Shown here piece by piece: positions 13,901-23,963 of a stretch of 51,567 nt of DNA. The position numbers were made by a program, and so were the translations under genes. The DNA comes from Parvularia atlantis (Eukaryota). The stretch covers positions 1 to 51,567 of the forward strand of contig CALSCO010000284.1 in the NCBI GenBank assembly GCA_943704415.1, in the 5' to 3' direction. The notes beneath the pieces are model-generated. The model worked only from the letters and a program-made list of their open reading frames with translations. It had not been told where the DNA came from and ran no database searches. Positions within the stretch are counted from its first letter, which is position 1. Each line of letters opens with the position of its first letter.

Positions 13901-16900
13901 CGCCGCTGTACCTCGACACGGTGCTGCCGCACGCGTACTGGCCCGAATTGCGCGTGCTCTTCCCGAGCACGGGCGCGCCCGGCACGGCCGTGCCGATCAG
14001 CAAGGTGCTAGAGGACGCGGGCCTGTGCCGCTACCCGCTGCCGCAGCTGCTGCCGCTGTGCGTACACGACAGCATCGCGCAGCTCGACTACCCGCCGCAG
14101 CTGCTCGCCACGGCCGGCCGCAAGCGCTGGGAGAGCCTGCGTGACCGCATCATGCTGCTCGGCAGCGTCCTCGCCGACACGGCGCGGCTGCCGCTCGTCA
14201 AGCAGACGCTCGTGCGCTTAGTGGCCGACCTGCTGCGCCAGCGCGACGACGCTGCGGGCTCGCCGCAGTTCGCGCTCGAGTGGGCCGTCCGCGTTGCGCG
14301 GAGCAGCGGTGCGTGCGCACGCGCTCAACCTCGGTTGACTGCTGACGCCTCTGTCAGACGCGCTCGTTGAGGCTGGCACGCTGCGCGCCGCGCTGTGGCA
14401 GCGTGTGCTGCAGTACATCGCGGGTGCACTGGCGCGAGTCGTCGCGGTCGTCGACGCCGGCGGCAACCTGAGCGTGCTCATCGACGCGCACAATGACGCC
14501 GTGTTGCGCCTGTGGGCTGCCTGCTTCGCCAGCCCGCAGCTCGTCAAGGTCGCGCACGCCACGCCGTGTACGTTGTGCATGCGCAGCAACCAATTGCAGC
14601 TCTGACATGCGGCGCGGCGCAGCCAACAACGCGTCGTACCCGGTCTCGCTGCTGGGCACGTCGCTGCGCTGCAATCGCTTCCCGTTCTCGATGCAGCTGT
14701 ACCCGCTGATTGAGCGCTTTCTGGCGAGCAACAGCGGTGCCGAGGACGCGAGCGCGCAGCAGCAGCACGACACGCTTCGCCAGCAGCTCGGCTCATTTTT
14801 CAAGGTGCACCTGACATCGGCCGACGGCGTGGACGGCGCGCAGCCAGCCAATGCGATCGTCATCACGGGTGCGTCTCTGCTTTGTGCGTGTGCGCGCAGC
14901 TGATTGCCCGCGCAGACGACGCCGCGACCGTGTGCGACTACCTGCACGACTTCCTGTGCCTGCGCCGGTCGGACCTGCTGCCGGACGTCGCGAGCGCCAC
15001 GCCGAAGCAGCTCGTCACGCTCTACTACCACGTCTATGCGCAGCACCTGGCTGACGTCGACAGCAGCGCCGCGCCCGCGCGCCGGCTGCACCTGACGGAC
15101 GTGCACACGCTCTTTAGCGCGGTCGAGCAGCTCCTGGACGCGCTCGTGCGCCTGATCGTGAACGGCGTCGCGAGCGTGGACGAGCTAGCGGCACTCGTGA
15201 TGCGCTCGGGCACGCCGCACTGGAGCGCCGCGGTGGTCGAGCACGTCCTGTCGCACATCAGCGCGGGCATCACGGCCGACGCGAGCCGCGCCGCGCAGCT
15301 GACGCCGCTCGCCCTGCTGCATCGCCTCAGCGCCCACGCCGACACCGTGCGCGCAGTCCAGCCGGTGCGTCATGTGTGGGAGCGCGCTGTGCTGCTTAGT
15401 GCACGTGCACTCGCGCAGGCGCTCAAGCACCTGTGCGACTCGTTTCGCGGCCGGTGGTCGCCCGACGCGCTCGAGGCAGCCGCGATGGCCTGGCGCCGCA
15501 TTGCCGTCGTCGCGCTCTTCTTCAGCGAGGTCGTTGTGCCGTCGGTGCGTCGCCCTTGCTCGTCGTGCTCCGCAGCTAACCGTGAACCGTGCGTGAGCAG
15601 TTTGCGCTGCACCCGCCGTCGGCACCGGACCAGACGAGCGTCGTGTTCAACCTGTTCTTCGCCGACATCAACAGCGGCCGTGCGTGGCGAGCGCTAGTCG
15701 CCTGCTGGCGATGCTGACGGAGGCGTTACAGGCAACCTGCGCGCCGAGGACATGATCATGAGCCTGCGCGCGTACCTCAACGGCTTTGCGCAGCTACTGC
15801 TTCTGCGGCTGCAGCTGGTGCACGCGCCGATCGACATGTTCTCGCATCTGGTGCCGCGCGACCCGGTCGTGGGCGAGTGCAAGCACGTCTTCGAGCGGCA
15901 GGTGTTGCAGACCAACGTGATGCGCGGCGTGGCCAAGGCGCTCGTCTGCCCGGCGTGCGGTTCGCACTGGAAGGCCGTGCCGGGCGCGACCGCCGAGGAG
16001 GTGCAGCAGGTGCGCGTGTACCGGCGCGAGATGCAGCGCCTATCGAGCTTCTTCCTGTCGTCGCTGCCGTTCTTGCTGCGGGCGCACGCCTCGTTCGACT
16101 CGCCCTTCGCCGCCGCGCTCTTTTCGGGCCAGTACCGCGTGCCGCAGGAGCGTCTCATCGACGCCATGCTAGCGAAGCCCGCCGGCACGGGCGAGGCCGG
16201 GCTGCTCGGCCGCTTCGAGGAGCAGGCGTACGTCGTGATGATGCTGCTGCGCGTCGACCCGTCGGTACTCGGCTTTGACGCGGCTGAGACGGCGAGGACG
16301 CCGCTAGCCACCGTGCTGCTCGGCATGGCCAGCAAGCAGCCCGCCTTCGCCGCGCTGCTCGAGAGCGCCGTGTACGACTTCTTGCAGCTGGGGCTGCCAA
16401 CGACGATGCCGCAGCCGCCAACGGGCACGGTTGCGCATCTGCGCTGGATCCTCGAGTATAACGCGTACGGCCTGCCTGTGCCGATCATGCGCGCGCGCAT
16501 CAAGTTTGTGCTGACGCAGGTGCGCGGTCCCGTCTGCGCCGTGCACCACACTTACAGCGTGGTCGCAGGCTGCGGCGCTGGCCGTGGACAGCCGCCAGAT
16601 CAGCGATGACCTCGTCAAGCTGCTCGCGCTGGCGACGACGAAAGGCGCCTACGCTGTCGACGCGCAGGCGTTCCTGCTGCGCGCGCTGTGGAGCGAGGGC
16701 GGCCTGCGCTCAGTCGAGACATTCGTGGCCAGCGCGGCCAACCAGGACGTCATGCCGTGGCTGGACACCTACCAAGTGGTGCGTTGTGCGCTGCCTTCGG
16801 GCCGTAGCGTTGACGCACGACGAGGCAGCCCGAGAGCGAGCGCAGCGACAGCTTCGCCCTGGCGTTGAGCTCGTACCCGCGCATGCGCATGGACGTCTCG

Positions 16901-19900
16901 GTGCAGATGGCCGCGTGGTACTACAAGCCCCACACGCGCAACACGATGAGCGAGCACATGCTGAGCGCGCTGACCGCCGGTGCTGCGTGGACCGACGCGC
17001 TCGCCGCCGGCCTTTCGCTCGCGCGCGAGGTGCCGTTTTGCTCGCCTGATTGCAGCCCCGTGTGCTGATGCGGTCGTGCGCCAGATCTTCCTGGAGCAGA
17101 TGTCGCGCGACGGCGCAGCGGTGGTCACGCTGCGCACGCTGCTCCCGCAGCAGCTGCCCGTGCTGCAGACGACTGCGTTCGGCCGCGTGCTGCTGCAGCT
17201 GGTCTCGAGCGAGCTGCACAACGAGCTGCACCGGATGCCGCTCCCGCCCTCGCTCGAGCGCGACGACGTTGGCGCGCTCGTGACCCACGCCGGGCTCTGC
17301 GCGACGCTGTTCGACGCCGCGCAACCACGGCACCTGATCGCAAGCCTGCGGCCGCTCTTTGACGGGCCAGACCGCACGCGCAACGTGTTTGTGCCGACGA
17401 TGCCCGAGGACCTGGTCGCGTCGCTGCTGCGCGGCGCGCTCTTCGACTCGCTCGCGGGTGCGGCCCGCTGATGAGACAGATGGACGCTGCTGACACGCGT
17501 GGTGCGCAGGCTCGTCGCACAGGGTCGTGTACGAGTGCCGCTGCGGCTACCCGTACATGATCGGCGACTGCGGCCGGCCCAATGCGATCGGCAAGTGTCC
17601 CAGCTGCGGTGCGCAGATCGGCGGCGTGTCGCACAGGCTCGTGAACACGTCGACCGAGCGCGCGCCCAATGTCGACACGACGCGTCGCGGCTACATCCTC
17701 GAGGGTGACTACGACAGCCAGACACAGCACACGGTCATGCGCGAGATGCGCCCGGTCGAGCTCTCGCTGCTGCGCGCGATCGTGCACCTGTGGATGGCGA
17801 CGGGCGCGTGGCTCGGTCCGCAGCAGTCGACGGCCCTGCGCGCCGACTGCCTCGCCCGGCTCGCGCGCGATGTCTCGGCGCTGTCGCGCGAGCTTGGCCG
17901 GTCGCGCGGCGACATCGTCTTGCTGCTGCACGTCGTGCTCGGACGCATGTGCGCGCTGCCGGGTGCGTCTGCAGAGCCGCAGAGCCTGCCGGGTGCTGAT
18001 CGTGGCCGCAGTTGCCGACAACGTGGACCTGGCCAACAAAGGCGGGCGCGAAGCGTGGGAGCTGGTGCTGCGGACGTACATCGTCGGGCCGCTGCTGCGC
18101 AACCTCGCGCAGGAGCTGGACGACGCGAGCAGCACGGCGAGCAACTGGCGCTCGCAAGGCAGCACCACGTTCCTCTCGTCCAAGCTCGCCGCGACGACGG
18201 AGCACGTACGTTCGCTCTGCGCGTGCACGAAGCGAACGGCCTGACATGGTCGCGCCGTCGCGGCAGGACCTTGGCAAGCCGCGCGCGGCCAACAAGCTGC
18301 GCCAGCTCCGCCAGGTGTTCCAAGCGCACCACGCGAGCGCCGACGATGCCGCGCCGTTCGCCGTGCTCAACCACCTCTTCGCGAACAGCGACGACCTGGC
18401 CAACATCGCCGCGTACCTCCCGGCGCTGCTGCATCTTGTGCGTGCGGCCCACGCGCGGCACATCAAGGAGCCCACGGCGACGCTCGGCGATCTGGAAACG
18501 ACGGCGCGCGAGGGCTTCTACTTCCTGCTGCACCGCGCGCAGCACCTGCGCCAGCTCAAGAGCCAGTTCGCGAGCCCCCTGGACGCGGTGCAGTCGTCCG
18601 CGGTTTTCACGGCCGAGCTGCCGCTGGCGGAGCTGCTGAGGTGCGCCTCGTCGTGCTGCGCCGACTGTGGTTGCTGATGGTTGCGCCTGCTTAGCTCGGC
18701 CAAGCCCGCCGGGCGGCTGCTAAAGACGATCCTGCGCGAGCTCGTGAACGTGCACAACGACTTTCTCGACAAGCTCAAGCGGCTGCGGCGCATCCAGGTG
18801 CAGCGCGAGCTCGAGGGCGTGCGGGCGCGGTGGGACGACGGCATCGAGCAGGTCGTCCTCGCTGACAGCACGACCGCGGAGCTGGCGCTGGCGGACGTGC
18901 GCAGCGAGCACCTCGTGGCAATCACGGGCGAGCGCGACCTGCTGCCACTCGTCTTCCTCTGCTCGACGACGCGCGGCGACGGCAGCACGGTCGTGAACGC
19001 TGCAGCTTCGGTGTGTGGCTGTGGTTGCGTGCGCACGCGCTCACAGACGCGGCAGGGCGCGGACGAGTACGACTTTGAGCGGCTCGAGAGCGCCGTGGTC
19101 AGCCACTTCCTTGCGCATCGGCCGTCGATCCGCGTTACGAGGTGCATGCTCGCGCTTGGTGGGCGGCAGGAGGCGGTGCTGAGCGGACGCTCGTCAGCGT
19201 CAACGACGTCTTTGAGGAGGAGCAGGCCGCGCGCTCGCACGCCCACGACCTCGTCGCGCTCGAGGACTGGGCGCAGCCTGTGCCGCAGGGTGCGCACGTG
19301 CCTCTACTTGCTGTGGCGTGCTGCTCACGGTGTGCGCGCACAGGCGCGCTGCAGAAGGTGCTCGACGAGATCCAGCGTGGGCAGCAGCTCGCGGCCGCCG
19401 TGCGCCGCCTCGCCGCCGACGCGCGCTTCCTCGTCAGCGGCGACCTGCCGCGCGACCGCACGATCGAGTGGCTCGAGGACGTCGTGCTGGTGCTGCCGCC
19501 GGGCGAGCGGTGCGTGCTTGCGCGCGGAGTGCAGGGCGGCGCTGATGCCCTGAACGGCAGCCTCCCGAGCGAGACGGCGCGCAAGGAGCTGCAGCTGTGG
19601 CACGTGCGCGGGCTGTGGCAGTTCCTCGACATCCACCGGCTCGCGCTCGCGCTCGTGCGCGACGGCAGCGGGTTGGACTTTGTGCCGCGCGACTACTGCG
19701 TCGAGCTGGCCGCGGGCGTGGCAGCCGAAGTGACGCGGCGGCTGCAGGCCGTGGACGTCTACCGCGTGCTGGTCGAGCTGCACACGTTGCTGAGCGTGCA
19801 CCTCGCCGGCAGCGGTGCGTGCGCTGCCGCTGCTCTGTGATGCGGCTGATCAGTCAATCGACACAGACGGCGACACGATCGAGCTTGACGTGTCGATGCC

Positions 19901-20006
19901 GATCACGCAGTGGGTCGAGAGCCTCGATCTTCTGCGCGACCTGGACGCGCAGCTGCGCCACGTCGTCGCCGTCTTCCGCGTCGCCTGCGTGGTGCTGCTG
20001 CGCTGA
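1960..20006 (+). CDS. RNF213: RNF213/mysterin-like giant AAA+ ATPase / E3 ubiquitin ligase, multi-exon
   Basis: Spliced exons give RNF213 signature blocks in the correct order: VTSARSGCGKT (~8250), PVVIMGETGCGKT (~9810-9850), LLKVHGGTT, ILFLDECNTSEHMSFIKE|LVCDR, IIAVCNPYRKHS..AGLGY, GSIPLRHLVYRVQPLP..WDFG, SFVSLRDIER, IARNHALSENLFMMFVCIQLAIPLV|LVGKPGSSKSLAK, VVVLDEVGLAEDSPRMPLKVLHALLE, FVGISNWALDPAKMNR, FYGLRDFY, RRNFGG, GSAFPRDQ..KINRIK|VCMETG, YVDLGLGSHRVKCRVHP, IPLINRLEKH, a RING-like finger (~15830-15960) and FVPTMPED + RZ finger (17530-17634). Start ATG 1960 is inferred; stop TGA 20004-20006. Confidence 0.93.
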
Positions 20007-20805
20007 CGGCTTTTGTTGTCACTTTCTGTTCATGTGTGTAATCATCGGTGCAGTCTGCACAGCCTACTCACATGAACAGCGCGAGCTCGGCCCGGCCGCG
20101 GCCCATCCGCGCGAGCAGCGCCGGCTCGATCTGCGCGCGCGGCACGATGCGCACGCGGAACCGCTTGCCGACGCTGCTGCTGCTGCTGCTGCTGCTCTCG
20201 CTCGCAGCGCGTGGCGGTGACGGCTCGATGCGCGTGCTCCGCTTGACTCGCACACGCTGCCACGACCAGTCGCCGCCGCCCCGCCGCACGTACGCGCCGC
20301 CCGCTGCCGCCGCCGCCGGTGTCATTTTTTGAATCTGTAACGACCGTGTGCACCGACAGCCGTGCTTGCACACGATGTTCGTGTCGAGGGTGCTGTTCAG
20401 TTTTCTCGTGGTGCGGCATGCTCCCGGCGGTCTGTGGCGGTGAGACGAGGTGGCCGGGGCGCGTGGTGAGGGTTGCGGGCACGACTGAGCAGGCGACGGC
20501 AAGGAGCGACCCAGAGTGCTGTCTGTGAGCAGAGCGATCAGGTCACATTCACGCCATTCAGTTCTCACCTCGTACAGCGTGCACAGAGTACTATCCCGCG
20601 CCAAGCAGCACCGCTCGCGCCGAGCAGCACCAGAGCGAGGAGGCACGGAGCGCAGCCGCGAGCACGCGACGATCAGCATGGGTAAAACGCACTTTCAGAC
20701 GTGGCGGCGGACGGCACGTGGCGCCGTCCGCCTCTCCGTCGCCGCGCCTTCGACCCGTCGCCGCGAGGGCCGTGCCGCCGCCCCCGTAGCAACGCCCCGT
20801 TCATC

Positions 20806-23800
20806 ATGAGCACGTTCTTCCGCCGATCGCGGCCCGATGCGGTGCGCGCCGCCACCCGATCGGGCCGCACCGCGCTGATGCGGCTCCAGAGCGAGGCCGA
20901 TGGCGCCAGCGGCGGCGAGGGCGAGGTCGAGGGCGTGCTGTGGAAGCTGGGCGACAAGGGCATCGGGCGCAAGATCTGGCGCAAGCGTCTGTTCCGCGCG
21001 CACAACGGGCGGCTGTACTACTACAAGCCGACGGACCGCGACTGGTGCCGTGCCCGCGGCCTTCGACAAGCGCGTGCGGCTCACGGGCCGCGCAGGAGCA
21101 AGCCACTCGGCCTGATCGCGCTCGAGAAGGTGATGGAGATCAAGCCGGCGTTTGTCCACGTCGGCATCGTCCCCGCCGGCGCGCGCTCCGACAGCATCTT
21201 CGCGCTCGTGAGCGAGTCGCGCAACACCTTCCTCATGACCAGCGTGCGCCGGCTGCTCGTCGTGCGGCCGCCGCGGTCGCTCACGGAGGCGGGGGGCCGC
21301 ACTCGCCGCGTGCAGAACAAGGCCGCGATGAGCCGCTGGATCGAGCGCCTGTGGGAGATCAAGGCGCGCTGGGCCGACATGACCAACCTGCCCGACGACG
21401 ACAGCGCAGCGCAGGTCGGCGCATCAATGGCCCTGCTGTGTGCTGCTTGCTGACGGCGTGACGCAGGACGACCCGTACGACGATGACGAGGTCGACGACG
21501 ACGACGGCACGGCCGCCGCCGCCGACGTCAAGGTCACGGTGGACCTTGACGCGCTCGATGACGCGATCCAGGGTGCGCCCCCCGCGTGCGCGTCTTGTGC
21601 GTGACGGTGCGGGCTGGCACGCCGTGCAGACGACGGGCTGGCGAAGCCGAGCCACGCGGCCGGTAGCACGATGGACAACGTCGTCCTGTCGCCGGCGATC
21701 GACGGAGCCGTCTGCGCGGACGACTTTGCGGCAACCACAGGGGCTGACGAGGTGCCCGCACCGCCGACTGCGAGCGAGCCCGTCGTTGAGGCGCCGGCCG
21801 CGCCCGCGAGCGTCAGTGTGTACTGGGACCACGACGCGCCACTCGCCGGCACTGCCGAGGACAACGTGCGCGCCGACCGCTGCGGATAGGCGCTGCTGAC
21901 GCGCATGTGTGCGATGCAGCCGCGCTTGCGCCTGTTCCGCCAGAGCCGCGTGTTCCCGTCGTTCCAGGTGCCACATGGAGCACGCGTCGCACAGGTCTTG
22001 CAGGCCTTCTTCAAGGTACAGCGCTGCCACTCGCATGCTCATCGTGCGTGATACTCACGCGCCTCAGGCGTTTCCGATCGCGTTCTCGGACCTGGCCGAG
22101 TTGGACGACGGGCAGGTCTTGGCCGAGATGGACCGACGGTACCACGTGTACGCGGTCAGGCGCTCCGTCTGTGGTGCGCTCGTCTCGCGGCCGTGTCCGC
22201 TCCGTCTGACGCACTGCTGCAGTGCGCTTGTCGCTCTTGCACGCTCTGGACAGCGACGACGTGACGCTCGCGTTCTGCCTCGAGAGCAGCAAGGCCGTGC
22301 GTGCGGCGACGTTGCCGTCGGCCGTCTGCTGACATTGACGTGCAGCCGTACGTCGTCAACCTGGTGCCCGGCGGCCCCGAGATTGTGCTGGCTGCGCCGG
22401 ACGCGACCGTGGCGGACGTGCTCGGCGAGCGCGCTCTGCGGGCGCGGCTGGCGCGCATGTCGCAGGCCGTGCCGACTGACGAGACGCTGCAGCTGCTCGT
22501 GTCGGTCGGCGACAAGGGTGCGTGCAACATCGTCTCTTTGGCACCACGCCTGACATCGCGTATGCAGTGCTTGTGCCGTCGATGCGGCTGAACCGCGTTG
22601 TTCTGCCGGCGTCGGCCGAGCTGCAGCTGCGCTTTGCGCCTGCGGACACGCCCGCGCGGCTGTGCGTATTGTCGACTGCGGTACTTGCCTGGATTGCTAA
22701 CGGTCGTGCATCGCAGCGAGACGCCGCCGCCCTCGCCGCTCAAGGAGGAGCCAGCGCGGGCGCCGGCCCCGCTCCTGCCGGCCCGGCCGACGCCGTTTAT
22801 GTCTTCGCGGTCGATCTCGTTCGGTCAGGGGCTCGACGACGACAGCGGTGCCGTAGAGGCGCGCACGTCGAGTCCCGCCAGCGGGCACATGCTCGACGTG
22901 GTAGAGAGCAGCAGCGTGTCGCGCACGTCACCAGCGCCAGACGAGGCGGCGCTGCAGCGCAAGTCATCCAGCGACGCGCTGAAGCGGTGCGGTCACGCGG
23001 CGCTGGCGATGGCGCTGCTGCTGACGCAGCCGCAGGACCATCGACAGCAGCCTCACGCAGGCCAACAACAGCACCAAGCTGCTGCAAATCAAGGCGCCGG
23101 CCGTGCTGCGCGTCGTGCTGATGAAGGGTGAGCGTCGCCTTTGCATCTGCTGCGTGCGGTGCAACCTGTTGACCGCTCGACCGCGCGCGCAGCGGCCGCC
23201 AACTCGCCGACAAAGGCCATCCACCGTATCGCGCTGTCGGGCGTGATCCTGCAGCTGGTGGAGGGGCTATGGGAGATTACCGAGCCGGGCGACCTGGCGC
23301 TGGTGCACGAGAACGAGACGGCCGTGGCCGCTGAGGCCGGCGTCGAGCGCTTCGAGCTGAACCCGGGCGAGCTCGTCGCGCTGTTTTCTCCCACGAGCAA
23401 GGTGTGTCGCCGCGGATGCAGGGAGTGCGCAGGCTGGCTCACGCGCGCGCAGAGCTGGACGCTGTGCCTGCCGTCGCCCAAGACGCCTGCACTGCAGCAT
23501 CAACCGCAGCAGCAGGCATCGGTCGCGATGTCGACACAAGCGAGCGTGCCGCGCCTGTCGATCGCCGCGCCACAACCAAGCGCGCACGGGTCGATGCTGG
23601 AGTCGCCGCTCGTGCCGTCGTCGCCGTCGCCCGCGAGCAGCGTCGAGTCGGCGTTCGCCGCACAGCTGGCCCAGGGCGACACCTTCGTGCGCCAACTCGG
23701 GCGGGCCGTGGGCCTGCTGCTCGCGCAGATCAAGCGCGTGTCGAGCACCGGCGCCGAGGAGCCGCCGAACGAGGCAGAGTCGGCAGACGCGTCGCGCGAG

Positions 23801-23925
23801 CTGATGCACGGCCGCACGAGCGAGGACAGCGACGCGAGCTCGGTCTCGTCAGGCAGCCACAGCCGCGCCGGCAACGGCAACCAGCCCGCGCGCACAACCA
23901 ACAAGCGTCTGGTGCGCCGCGCTCT

Positions 23926-23963
<38 letters not shown>

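Noticed and set aside
1960..20006. Frame breaks suggesting a pseudogene, alternative genetic code or programmed frameshifts
   Set aside because: Every break I checked is resolved by a short GT-AG or GC-AG intron that restores conserved motifs.
1841..20567. 12-bp inverted repeat TGAGAACTGAAT flanking the RNF213-like gene, suggesting transposon TIRs
   Set aside because: No transposase or target-site duplication seen; better explained as two copies of the recurrent GAACTGAAY motif. Its resemblance to the 5' end of animal miR-146 is treated as coincidence since there is no precursor hairpin.
20068..20679. Minus-strand 203-aa ORF between the RNF213-like and PH genes
   Set aside because: No recognisable domain, and splicing the apparent intron (20523-20569) leads to an early stop; not supportable as a feature.
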